Virus record (IMG/VR): IMGVR_UViG_3300037483_000715
Span: 1 to 42,386 of that record
Reading direction: 5' to 3' (one strand)
Source of the DNA: a virus
Lineage: Duplodnaviria > Caudoviricetes
DNA length: 42,386 nt
The notes under the pieces are model-generated. The model did not search any database. It was not told the DNA's origin and saw only the letters and a program-made list of their open reading frames with translations. Both the position numbers and the translations under genes were made by a program. Positions within the stretch are counted from its first letter, which is position 1. The number at the start of each line of letters is the position of its first letter. This document shows, piece after piece, positions 16,561 through 25,718 of the stretch.

Positions 16561-16740
16561 TTATTTTAATTTGGGAATTTTGCCTTCGTGCTTTTTAAGA
16601 GTTCCTTGTCGTATGACTTCTTTATAGTGAAGTTCTGCAGATCCGAATGACATTTTACAAACATCACATTCAAGGCCATAAGCCCATATCGGATATTCTT
16701 TACAAAAAATATTCTTAAAAAATTCTAACAGTTTTGACAT
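16561..16740 (-). CDS. Small Zn-finger-like protein (59 aa)
   Basis: Hand-translated MSKLLEFF...ECDVCKMSF...H; GGAGG SD. Confidence 0.5.
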   Translation of the reverse strand: MSKLLEFFKNIFCKEYPIWAYGLECDVCKMSFGSAELHYKEVIRQGTLKKHEGKIPKLK

Positions 16741-17693
16741 TTTTCTCCTCCATTATTTTGAGGTGTTGCCTCTTTATTTACTTTTCCCTTCAAGTGATCA
16801 ATCAGCTTCTGAACGTGCAGTTCGATTTCTCTTTCAGAGTAGTCAAATTCAAATCCATCTTCTTTCGTCTTGTAAGGGTACATTGCAGAGATATCATGTA
16901 CTGCAAAATAAGGACGTCCATGCATTGCATTTATTGTATGTGCGTGGAATGATCCTTCATGAAAATAACCGAAACTGTCTTTGTGTGTTCCTCCCCAAAA
17001 AGTTAACATTGGTTTTTTGAAACATCCAGCCACGTGCATCCATGAGCTGTCGATTCCAACATGTGCGACTGCATTTTTAACTATTGGAATTATGTTTCTG
17101 AATGGAAGATCCAATTGAAGACATCCAGGAATAATTGGCTCAACTTTGCTTCTTAGCTGTAAAACTTTAAATCCATTTCTTAAAAGCATCTCTGTGACCT
17201 TATAAGCCACCTTCTGAGGCATATCTCTTTGTGAGCTGTCTACTTTCATTCTGTTTGGTGACATGCCGGGAGGAAGCCCTCCCAACGCTTGTAGAGTGAT
17301 TAATGGTCCGTTCTGTTGACAATACATTTGTCCATCCATCTCTTCTCCTTTGGTTAGATAAATCTCACTTTCAGGTTGTTCGTTTAACCGATTAAATAAA
17401 TATGCCTTTGGAAATATCTCCATGAGATGTTTTTTGTTTTTTGCTCGATAGAATTCTTGCAGTTCGTAAGGATTGCCTTTTCTGAAATCTCTCCCTTTGA
17501 TATAATCTTCGAATAAATATGGTTGAGTTATGTGGAGATTTCTGTGTACTCTCGGATTGTATTCAAATATTTCAGGATAAGCTGACACGATTGTGATCTT
17601 TTTTTTAGGATATTTTTCGTTTAACCATTTGATTAAACTCGTCGCCATGACATGCTTGCCGATGCCTCCTGTTATTTCAAGTACGTAATCCAT
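16725..17693 (-). CDS. GT9-like (heptosyltransferase-fold) glycosyltransferase
   Basis: GGIGKHVMAT...EIFEYNPRV...VGIDSSWMHVAGCFKKP...WGGT. Confidence 0.82.
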   Translation of the reverse strand: MDYVLEITGGIGKHVMATSLIKWLNEKYPKKKITIVSAYPEIFEYNPRVHRNLHITQPYLFEDYIKGRDFRKGNPYELQEFYRAKNKKHLMEIFPKAYLFNRLNEQPESEIYLTKGEEMDGQMYCQQNGPLITLQALGGLPPGMSPNRMKVDSSQRDMPQKVAYKVTEMLLRNGFKVLQLRSKVEPIIPGCLQLDLPFRNIIPIVKNAVAHVGIDSSWMHVAGCFKKPMLTFWGGTHKDSFGYFHEGSFHAHTINAMHGRPYFAVHDISAMYPYKTKEDGFEFDYSEREIELHVQKLIDHLKGKVNKEATPQNNGGEKCQNC

Positions 17694-17705
17694 TTTACCT
17701 CTTGG

Positions 17706-18065
17706 TTATGATGATTTTGCTACAGCCTCTTGACCGATATGCTTTTGTGTAATTACAAGTTTGTTATCATTTATATATTTTTGCTTATCAATCCCATCAA
17801 TCTTTTCAAACTGATCAAAGTATTCATCCAACTCTCCTTTTTCTTGTTTTTCTTTTGCGAGATCCTGATGTAAAAATGCCAACTCTTTTTTACCGTTTTT
17901 CTTAACATAATATTTCTCGAGAAAAATTGGTTTTGATCCTTTCTTTTTTTCTTGCTTTGCTGTACACATTGCTCCACAAACTGATTCTCCTGACAAGTCT
18001 TTTCCTTCATCTGTGAGTCCCAATTTCTTTGCTTCTTCAAATTTTATTATTCTTGCTTTGATCAT
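17706..18065 (-). CDS. Hypothetical protein (possible tail-tip chaperone)
   Basis: Lys-rich, lies between the Cys-rich tail protein and GT9. Confidence 0.6.
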   Translation of the reverse strand: MIKARIIKFEEAKKLGLTDEGKDLSGESVCGAMCTAKQEKKKGSKPIFLEKYYVKKNGKKELAFLHQDLAKEKQEKGELDEYFDQFEKIDGIDKQKYINDNKLVITQKHIGQEAVAKSS

Positions 18066-18991
18066 TAAAAACTGTACGGGTAGTGTCCTGCTCCCGCGAG
18101 ATATTTATTTCCGTCGCATCCAATGTATGAGAGATGAGTCCATCCGAATTGATTGTCAACCCACAATGCTCCAGCGTAACCTGCCCCAGGACTCGGGTTT
18201 GCTGGCGCTCCGTTACTGAATGTGGATGCAAATTGACAAATTCTCCAAGGAGCTCGATAATCATTTCCATCTGCTCCAACCCAATGCAAGTAATGAGAAT
18301 TGTCAATCCAAATGCTTCCACAGTTTCCGAATCCTGTTGCGACATATATTCCGACAATTGCATGTTCCCATCTGTTTGCATTAATATAATGAAGATCATT
18401 TCCTTCAACCCAAATATTTCCTGTGTAAGTTGAAGAGCATTGTGTTGTTGAAGGAACTCCTCCCAAATCAAAACTTACAGTACATTCTCCAATTGAGACT
18501 GGATCTCCTGAGACTTGTGTGACCTGCATCACGTTGCAATGTGTTGATGTTGAAGTATCACAAATTTCCCATCCAGCTATTCCTGTGTTGACCATTCCTT
18601 CAACCCAACTCCATGAACACCATCCTGGACAAGAAGTCACACTCACTGCAACCTGAAATTTATTATAATTAATTGCTCCACTTGGTCTGTACCATTGCAT
18701 TTGAAAACATCCGATTCCACATGTGCAAGTCCCTTCATCTGCCCACCAAACAGGCAAATAATCTGCGAATGCGAATTCATATCCTGGGTACCATGTACCT
18801 GTCAATGCATGAGATGTTGATCCAATATTATTGCATCTCGCAGCCATGAATCCACTTGAACAATCTGAGCTTCCATTAAATAAATTTGGTACAGGCATAT
18901 TAAAATTTGAACAATACATATTCATAATATTTCCACTTGTTGAGCAGACTGCTCCAATGATCCACCCTTGTGATGATGTTCCTCTTGCCAT
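18065..18991 (-). CDS. Cys/Trp-rich tail-tip protein (candidate receptor-binding protein)
   Basis: 16 Cys; repeated G.IW.D...LHY/W motifs typical of fibre segments; follows the hub gene. Confidence 0.6.
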   Translation of the reverse strand: MARGTSSQGWIIGAVCSTSGNIMNMYCSNFNMPVPNLFNGSSDCSSGFMAARCNNIGSTSHALTGTWYPGYEFAFADYLPVWWADEGTCTCGIGCFQMQWYRPSGAINYNKFQVAVSVTSCPGWCSWSWVEGMVNTGIAGWEICDTSTSTHCNVMQVTQVSGDPVSIGECTVSFDLGGVPSTTQCSSTYTGNIWVEGNDLHYINANRWEHAIVGIYVATGFGNCGSIWIDNSHYLHWVGADGNDYRAPWRICQFASTFSNGAPANPSPGAGYAGALWVDNQFGWTHLSYIGCDGNKYLAGAGHYPYSF

Positions 18992-18992
18992 G

Positions 18993-20816
18993 TTAATAAC
19001 AGTTTGTTCCGACTGGAAGTTTTAATCTTCTGCAAGCATATGTGCAATCTCCACACACAATGTTTGAGTCGACGCAAGTACCTCCACAGACTGTTCCTCC
19101 ATAAACTTGACCTGTTACATATCCATTTCCTGAAACATAAAGTTGACAGGCAGAAGATCCATTAATGCTCACCGAAGTTGCAGTCATGTTTCCTGAAAAA
19201 TATCCACTTGCCCCACAAACAAAATCTCCAGCGATCACATCGTCTGTTGCACAGACATCTCCTCCACAGACTGCTGTTGTTCCTCTTACGACTGGTCCAC
19301 AGAATTGATTTGTCGCAATGAAGCATTCCCCATGAAATTCTGCGAATGCTCCTGGACTCATGGCGATTCCCATGCAAAGTCCTCCGACTCCTGCACATAC
19401 ATTATTGCAGAGTAAAAGTCCACACGAATTGCAGGGTGTCAAGTAACCTGTAACATCTGCCCAAAAATCTCCTCCTCCTGCTCCTGGTCCACAAAAACAA
19501 GCAGCACATACAAATCCTGTAACATATAAATCTCCATCTATTCTGTTGTAAATTGATGAAGTGTTTATGTTCAAAAGACATGCTTGAATCACTCCTGCCG
19601 GGACTGAGAGATTTCCATTCAAATAAGTCCAATCTCCTGTGCATCCACAAACTCCATTTCCAAGTAATCCTTGCCCTAATAAATTCGCAATTGCATCATC
19701 AAACCATGATCCTCCTCCAATGCATGTCCCGATATTCTGATTTGAGTATTCTGCTCCGTACTGATCATAAGTGTTAATGTCGTTTGCTTGTTTTTGAAGT
19801 TCTGCTATAAATGAATTGATGCTTTTTTTTCTTTTTGAGTATTCTTTGTTTGTTACTTCAAGTGTCATGAATTCTTTGTTGTTTCTGATTCCTCTCTCAA
19901 TTCCAACAACTCTCACTTCTTCGTTTGAGAGTCCTTTTGTCTGTGAATTAAGTGTGATCACATCTCCAGCCACGATTGATTTGTTTGGATTCATAACATC
20001 GAACTCGTAGACCTTTGTTGGATTTTTGTATTGTGCAACAAGTGCATCTGCCAAGACATTTGCCTCTGCTTGTGTAATCACTGATGAATCATTGTAAATG
20101 TACCGAATCGTTCCGTATGTTGATTTTGAAGTCGCGTCTTGCCCGTATGATGTGTGATCTGATACGATCCTTGTTTCTCCCTCACTTTTTCCATAAACTC
20201 TCACATCGTTTCCAATTGGATAAGCATGTCTAACGGTCAAGTCTTGAATTTCCAATCCGTCGTTTAAAGTCATCACACTTGTGCTTGATCCTTTATGATC
20301 TAAAATGTCAACTGTAGAATCTGAATAATCGATTCCAATGTCTTGTGCAGTTCGATTGATCAGACTTGACAATGCATTCCATAAACTCGAAGTTGGCTCC
20401 AATGAAAAATCCAGCGATGTTCCAGCTTCGACTGTCCCGGCAGTGAAATAATTGGACTCTCCTATGACTGCAGATGCAATTGTTGCGCTTGCTGTTGAAC
20501 TCCAAGGCGATCCTGCATAATCTCCATTTTCTTTTCCCAACCAAACTTCATAACCTGTCAAATCTGCAGAGATTCCTCCTGCGTTCAGATTACTCAATGC
20601 GTTTATAATTCCATGAAATTCTAATGATCCGTTTCGATAAATCCAAACCTGACTTCCAATCTCAAAAAGATTTCTTTTGACTTGACCTGTCCCTGTGACT
20701 TTTAATTGTCCCTGATTAACTTCGTTTAAATTATCTGTATAAGAGAATCCAGCGTCTGCTATTATTGTTCCGTTGACTCCTGATGTGTTTTGTAATTTTA
20801 TTATGTAAGTTCCCAT
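18993..20816 (-). CDS. Baseplate hub/Tal-like protein with Cys-rich spike extension
   Basis: Position after Dit; hub-like N-terminal ~350 aa (AGDVITL..VRVVGIER), coiled linker, Gly/Cys-rich beta-repeat C-terminus. Confidence 0.72.
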   Translation of the reverse strand: MGTYIIKLQNTSGVNGTIIADAGFSYTDNLNEVNQGQLKVTGTGQVKRNLFEIGSQVWIYRNGSLEFHGIINALSNLNAGGISADLTGYEVWLGKENGDYAGSPWSSTASATIASAVIGESNYFTAGTVEAGTSLDFSLEPTSSLWNALSSLINRTAQDIGIDYSDSTVDILDHKGSSTSVMTLNDGLEIQDLTVRHAYPIGNDVRVYGKSEGETRIVSDHTSYGQDATSKSTYGTIRYIYNDSSVITQAEANVLADALVAQYKNPTKVYEFDVMNPNKSIVAGDVITLNSQTKGLSNEEVRVVGIERGIRNNKEFMTLEVTNKEYSKRKKSINSFIAELQKQANDINTYDQYGAEYSNQNIGTCIGGGSWFDDAIANLLGQGLLGNGVCGCTGDWTYLNGNLSVPAGVIQACLLNINTSSIYNRIDGDLYVTGFVCAACFCGPGAGGGDFWADVTGYLTPCNSCGLLLCNNVCAGVGGLCMGIAMSPGAFAEFHGECFIATNQFCGPVVRGTTAVCGGDVCATDDVIAGDFVCGASGYFSGNMTATSVSINGSSACQLYVSGNGYVTGQVYGGTVCGGTCVDSNIVCGDCTYACRRLKLPVGTNCY

Positions 20817-21598
20817 TATGCTGTATATCCATCTCTGAACTTTGCAGTCCAGCCAGCGTCGAGGTTTGTTACAGAAAGAGTTGAAGTTGATGCACTTGCA
20901 GCCAATTGAAGCAATCCAAGGCCATCAGTCACAGAAACTGCTTCTGTTTGAGTTCCAGCCACAGTTGTGTAGTTGTATTCTGTGACGTAGATTCCATCTC
21001 CTGAATCAACCATCTCGACGAATTTAACGATGACTTCTTGTCCTGTTGTTAAAGCAGAGTTTGGAATTGTGATCTCATTCCCGAGTCCGTCTGAGATAAC
21101 GACATCACTTGCTCCATCTGTCACATCTCCTGCAATTTCTTCTATGAATGTTGTTGCGTTTCCTGCGTTTGTTGCGTGAGCTCCTCCATTTGTATATGTC
21201 TTTTGAGTATTCGAGAATAAAACACCGATCACTGTTTCGAAGTTTGCAACGTAATCCAAAAAATTTGTTCTTCCTGATTGATGAGTTTTTTTAATATTGT
21301 TTCCAACACCCAAATAAAATTTATCATCTTCCCAATATAATTTTTTTAGTTTCTGAGTTTCTGAGAAATGTTTGCTTAATGCAAGATAAGAAGTATTTTT
21401 TGATGATCCGTGGAAGTGTCCTGTCAAGACAAGCATTTTCGGATTAATTCCTCCTCCTGAAACAAAATAATGGTATCTTTGATAGTCTACATTTGTGACT
21501 GTGTAATTTGGAGTTATCTCGTCGTCGAATGTTTGAGGGTTATTTGGGAATGTGAATGTGTCTGCTGTGCCTGAATAGTTTTCAATTTTCATTGTCAT
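20816..21598 (-). CDS. Distal tail protein (Dit-like)
   Basis: Directly after the tape measure; FTFPNNP...LVLTG...NAGNATT pattern. Confidence 0.6.
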   Translation of the reverse strand: MTMKIENYSGTADTFTFPNNPQTFDDEITPNYTVTNVDYQRYHYFVSGGGINPKMLVLTGHFHGSSKNTSYLALSKHFSETQKLKKLYWEDDKFYLGVGNNIKKTHQSGRTNFLDYVANFETVIGVLFSNTQKTYTNGGAHATNAGNATTFIEEIAGDVTDGASDVVISDGLGNEITIPNSALTTGQEVIVKFVEMVDSGDGIYVTEYNYTTVAGTQTEAVSVTDGLGLLQLAASASTSTLSVTNLDAGWTAKFRDGYTA

Positions 21599-21601
21599 TT
21601 T

Positions 21602-22459
21602 TTATACGAAGTACATTTGTTGTAATTCTGCCTCCCCTCTTGATATTTTATCTAATAAAACTTGTTGTTGATAATTATTGTATTCTTGAAGTTGTTTGTC
21701 CAAAAATCCTGGCTCTCCTGTTATTTCTCTTTGGTAAGTATTAATTAACGGTCCGAGTCCAATTGCTGCGGTTGTCCCTCCGACTCCGAATATTGCTCTT
21801 AGAATGCTTCCTGCAGCTCCTCCTGTCAAAAATCCTCCGATCTTACTTACAATTTTCCCGAGCCATGTCCAAATGGAACCCAACGCTGTTCCGACAACTG
21901 TCGCGGCATTTTTTGCCCATGTTCCCAAAGCTGTAAACCATCCTCCAATTGTAGCCCACCCTGCCCATGTTGCAACTCCTGAAAGTAATCCGAAAAATGT
22001 TGCGAATGCAGAATAAACCCATCCTCCAACTTTAATCACTGTTGCAGCAGCGAAAATTCCTACGAGACTTGTCACAATTCCTCTGAATAAATCCGGGTGT
22101 GCATCAACCCAATCTGCGAGTTTAGCTAACCATCCACTTGCTGTTTCGAATGCTGGTGCGAGTGATTCTCCCATTGCGAATTTTAATTCCATTGCAGCAA
22201 CTTTAATCTTAGCCATTGATCCTGCGACTGCTGGCGCACCTGACGCGAATCCTGCAATTGCTGTGACTCCTGTTAGAGCCATGGCTCCGAAGATTGTGGT
22301 TAGTCTTTTTCCACGTGCAGCGATCCTATCAAAATCTCCCTGGACTGATTTTGCTTTGGAATCGACATCGTCGAATCCTCTTTGGACTCTGCCCATTCCT
22401 CTTTCAATCTCAGCAGTATTGATTGATCCTCCAATTTGAATTGATCCTACTTCTACCAT
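21602..22459 (-). CDS. Tape measure protein (short, 285 aa)
   Basis: EVGSIQI start, MGESLAPAF, Ala/Gly-rich helices with periodic Trp; follows the chaperones. Confidence 0.8.
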   Translation of the reverse strand: MVEVGSIQIGGSINTAEIERGMGRVQRGFDDVDSKAKSVQGDFDRIAARGKRLTTIFGAMALTGVTAIAGFASGAPAVAGSMAKIKVAAMELKFAMGESLAPAFETASGWLAKLADWVDAHPDLFRGIVTSLVGIFAAATVIKVGGWVYSAFATFFGLLSGVATWAGWATIGGWFTALGTWAKNAATVVGTALGSIWTWLGKIVSKIGGFLTGGAAGSILRAIFGVGGTTAAIGLGPLINTYQREITGEPGFLDKQLQEYNNYQQQVLLDKISRGEAELQQMYFV

Positions 22460-22698
22460 TTTGTTTTACCCATCCTTGATAATGCGTCTTGGATTCCTTG
22501 ATTCCTTTGTGACTTTTCTTCAATCGCGTTTTCGATATCCATGATGTCCTTTAAATCACCGATCCTCGTTTTCCGAAATTCCTCAGGGGGAATTCCAGCC
22601 TTCCAAAACTGATATTTCGCCCACAATAAAATTTCCTTTCTTCCTTCAAGGACAAATTGTCCGTTCTTGAAATTCATGTTTGCGATCTTAAAAATCAG
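22453..22698 (-). CDS. Tail assembly chaperone frameshift extension (gpT equivalent)
   Basis: -1 frame open from the slippery site: LIFKIANMNFKNGQ...GIPPEEFRK. Confidence 0.78.
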   Translation of the reverse strand: MIFKIANMNFKNGQFVLEGRKEILLWAKYQFWKAGIPPEEFRKTRIGDLKDIMDIENAIEEKSQRNQGIQDALSRMGKTKW

Positions 22699-23066
22699 TT
22701 TTTTTTTAATTCTTCGTTGGGAGAATCGATCTTATTCATTGAAGTTATGATCTTGTTGAAAGTTTCAGGTTTCAACTTTGACATCAATTTCCATTTCTCT
22801 TCATTGCTTAGATCTTTCCAAGCTTTGCTGATTCCGATTATGTTTGCGATCGTCTTTTCGTCGTACGGAACTTCAACCAAGTTTCGAATCTTACATTCAT
22901 TGACTTTTTTCAGGTTTGGTTTTGCCTTTCCTGATTCGCCAATTTCCATGTATTCATCGATCCATTCGTTCTCATCCCCAGCTGTTGTGGGTTTGTACTT
23001 GAACTTTCGACCTTCAACATCGAATTCTACGATTTCATCTTTTACGAAGTCTTCTTCATATCCCAT
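22695..23066 (-). CDS. Tail assembly chaperone (gpG equivalent)
   Basis: Between tail tube and tape measure; ends ELKKN at the slippery site. Confidence 0.82.
   Translation of the reverse strand: MGYEEDFVKDEIVEFDVEGRKFKYKPTTAGDENEWIDEYMEIGESGKAKPNLKKVNECKIRNLVEVPYDEKTIANIIGISKAWKDLSNEEKWKLMSKLKPETFNKIITSMNKIDSPNEELKKN
22698..22707 (-). promoter_or_regulatory. -1 programmed frameshift slippery site
   Basis: TTA AAA AAA AAC TGA contains A AAA AAC (X XXY YYZ). Confidence 0.82.
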
Positions 23067-23082
23067 TTTAACCTCCTATTGT

Positions 23083-24048
23083 TTAGTAATCGCTTAAGCT
23101 GTCTTTCGCGACAATCGCAACACTCTTGATTGTCCCAACAACATCCACGCTATCAACTCCCTCAAGGTTTGTCGCACCAGCTGGAACTGGTTTTAGATAT
23201 AACCCTGTGAAGGTGAATGTGATATCATCATTTGTGCCTCTTGTCAAAGTCAAGCTGTTTGTGCTTGGTACAACTGCTCTGTCTGCCCAATCATCATAGA
23301 ATGTGTCATTCTTCTCATTGATGTTGAAGTTGCAAGTGTACCTTCTTGTCTTTGGAATTGGCTCTCCGATGTATTTGTCAAGTGTTGAGTTACAGTATCT
23401 TGAATCTTCTTCGTCGACTTCGTTATCACAAGTGAGTTCACCTGAATTAACTTCGACAACTTCTGATCCTGCGTATGTCAATTTTGCCATTCTGAACTGG
23501 AATGCTTTTGCTGTTTCAGCAGAGATTGTTGTTGTGCTTGATCCTGGAACTCCTGACTTTGCAAGACATTCTGCAGTTACTTCAACAAAACCTTCTCCCT
23601 CTCCTGATCCTTTCGCAAAATTAACCGACCAATTGGTGATTATGCATCCTGTCAATGTTATGACATGATCTGTTGCAGCTCTTTTCGACCACTCCAATGT
23701 GAAAGATTTAACTTCGTCTGTCGCTGTGAATGTGTGAGTGTAATATGTGGAATTGTCTGTGTTTGTAACAGTCCCATGCGCGCAATATCTCAACCATTTC
23801 CAATGAGTTGAATTAAAAGTCAGCGTGAATTTATATGATTCTTCGCCTTCCTCCATAGAATCGATATCTCTTGAATCTGCTCCTGCTTGCAGAATTTCTT
23901 TCCAATTCTGTGTGAACGCAGGTGTCAATTTGACATTCTTTCCGACAATGTATCCGTCGTCTGCCATTGTCTTTGTACCAAGAGTCGCCCACGTATCTTC
24001 TGGACACATCGCGATTTGTTCTCTCTTTCCCAAAAAGTACTCAGTCAT
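23083..24048 (-). CDS. Major tail tube protein
   Basis: Thr-rich, YTHTFT, SFTLE, LTGC motifs; position in the tail module; no sheath gene. Confidence 0.85.
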   Translation of the reverse strand: MTEYFLGKREQIAMCPEDTWATLGTKTMADDGYIVGKNVKLTPAFTQNWKEILQAGADSRDIDSMEEGEESYKFTLTFNSTHWKWLRYCAHGTVTNTDNSTYYTHTFTATDEVKSFTLEWSKRAATDHVITLTGCIITNWSVNFAKGSGEGEGFVEVTAECLAKSGVPGSSTTTISAETAKAFQFRMAKLTYAGSEVVEVNSGELTCDNEVDEEDSRYCNSTLDKYIGEPIPKTRRYTCNFNINEKNDTFYDDWADRAVVPSTNSLTLTRGTNDDITFTFTGLYLKPVPAGATNLEGVDSVDVVGTIKSVAIVAKDSLSDY

Positions 24049-24063
24049 TTTTTGCCTCCATAT

Positions 24064-24756
24064 TTAATTGTATCCCTCAGACATATTTATTCCTTTCATC
24101 TCGACTTCCACGACTTTGTGAAATGATTCCATTTCCTGATCAAAGCCAAGATCTCTTGGAATTCCGAGGGGATTATAATTGTACATTGCTGGATGTAGAT
24201 CATCTTCGTATGATCTGAATGCAGCCATAATTTTCCAACCAATATACTCTGCGAGTTTATCTCCTTCATATTTTACAGAGTCAATTGTGAAGTCTTGATT
24301 TTCTTTTGTCCATATGTCAATTTGAAAGTGAGGTTGTGTTTCCACATCAGAATTATATTGTCCGAGTCTTTCTCCTGCTCCTCCGACAATTAAAACGTTT
24401 AATCTTGGAAATGCAGTTTTTGCAAGAGTGTTTTTTGCTTTGTCCGGGAAGATCCAATTTGTTGATCCGTATTTGTATGTTATCTCGACATTGTCTGTTC
24501 CCGACGCTGTGTTTGAATAAAAAATAATTTTTTCGTTTTGCCAATCGATGTAATAATCACGATATTTTGCTTGTGTAACATCATCCACTACAACTGATGT
24601 CACGCATTGCATTGCTCCCGAAGGTGCTGAGATTGAGAACTCTGTAGATCCTCCGTCGAATGTTTCAGTATTTGTTGTTTCTGCTCGGCTTCGTGGATCT
24701 GTTAATCTCACTCTGAGAAATTCTACAAGTATGTTTTTTGGACTTATGAATACCAT
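24064..24756 (-). CDS. Tail terminator/completion protein
   Basis: FPRLNV...FQIDIW motif; precedes the tube gene. Confidence 0.7.
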   Translation of the reverse strand: MVFISPKNILVEFLRVRLTDPRSRAETTNTETFDGGSTEFSISAPSGAMQCVTSVVVDDVTQAKYRDYYIDWQNEKIIFYSNTASGTDNVEITYKYGSTNWIFPDKAKNTLAKTAFPRLNVLIVGGAGERLGQYNSDVETQPHFQIDIWTKENQDFTIDSVKYEGDKLAEYIGWKIMAAFRSYEDDLHPAMYNYNPLGIPRDLGFDQEMESFHKVVEVEMKGINMSEGYN

Positions 24757-24803
24757 CTTTGGTGTTGCCTCCCTCTTGGGATAGTTTTTAATATCAAACG
24801 AAT

Positions 24804-24819
24804 TATTTAAACATTGTTG
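24804..24819 (-). promoter_or_regulatory. Late promoter motif
   Basis: CAACAATGTTTAAATA, shared with 34137, 39560 and 41886. Confidence 0.65.
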
Positions 24820-25247
24820 TTCTTGTTAAATTCTTGATTTGCGAATCTAAACACCCACACTTGTTTGACTTGATCAAGTGCTGGTCTGAAAAATGGTTGA
24901 GCTTCTGTCCCTTTGTGTGCAATTTTCCATGCGACTGCACTTGCAATGTTTTCATCTCCGAGAACTCTTCTTGCCCATCCTTTTAAATTTTCAGATGTCA
25001 AATAATGGGGTTTTGTTCCATACTCCACATCTATTCCATACTCAACTCCATCTGATAAAATATAATTTGTGTATCCTGGAGATGCTGGATCGAGAATTAT
25101 TGAGTTTCTGAGTCTTCCTGTGTCCACTGGACAATTGATTGTTGCAAGTTCATGCATTTTTAACATACTTTTGAATAAAACTGCCTGCATTTGCTTGACA
25201 GTCATTTTCTTGTCCAATTTTGTATTAACGTTTAACTTCATCCTCAT
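24807..25247 (-). CDS. HK97 gp10-like neck/tail component
   Basis: CPVDTGRLRNSI...YGIDVEYGT...AQPFFRPAL. Confidence 0.88.
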   Translation of the reverse strand: MRMKLNVNTKLDKKMTVKQMQAVLFKSMLKMHELATINCPVDTGRLRNSIILDPASPGYTNYILSDGVEYGIDVEYGTKPHYLTSENLKGWARRVLGDENIASAVAWKIAHKGTEAQPFFRPALDQVKQVWVFRFANQEFNKNNNV

Positions 25248-25307
25248 TGTAAGACCTCCGTAGTCTTTGTTCCAGCCTTTCTGGTGCATTTTTATTGTTT
25301 TTTCGTA

Positions 25308-25718
25308 TCATTCCACGTCCAAGTCAATTTTCTTTAAAACACAGCTCTTAAAAATCTCTTTTGTACGTGCTTTTCTCTTTCCAAGTATTTGCTCAATTCT
25401 CCAATAAACTCCGTTTTTATCAATTATGATATCTCCTGCTTGAACTTCCAATGTTCCATTTCCTGTGATTGAATCGGGATATTGCCAATAAAAAAATGCT
25501 TTGACATTTCCTGGAATAGCAAGGCCCATCTCATGAATTTGTCTGTCTTTTTTAGTGATGTCTTGCATCATGAATTGGACTGTCCATCCTTGTTTCGCGA
25601 TGCTTTTTGTGTCACCCATGCTTCCCAATTCTTCTGTTTCTCTGTGAAGAATTCCTTGCTGACCATGTGTTTGAATAATTCCTTCAAAGTCTGTTCTTAA
25701 TTTTATATAAGTTGTCAT
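25308..25718 (-). CDS. Head-closure (stopper)-like protein
   Basis: Size, position and GDIII...YWRIE motif; paralog of the C-terminus of 25715..28003. Confidence 0.68.
   Translation of the reverse strand: MTTYIKLRTDFEGIIQTHGQQGILHRETEELGSMGDTKSIAKQGWTVQFMMQDITKKDRQIHEMGLAIPGNVKAFFYWQYPDSITGNGTLEVQAGDIIIDKNGVYWRIEQILGKRKARTKEIFKSCVLKKIDLDVE

Noticed and set aside
18037-19650. Alternative-frame minus-strand ORFs (18037..18471, 19162..19398, 19402..19650)
   Set aside because: Nested in the Cys-rich tail genes; by-products of their codon composition, with no motifs
18065-20816. Cys richness as a sign of codon reassignment
   Set aside because: Both TGT and TGC are used, catalytic Cys motifs elsewhere are normal, and genes are intact under code 11
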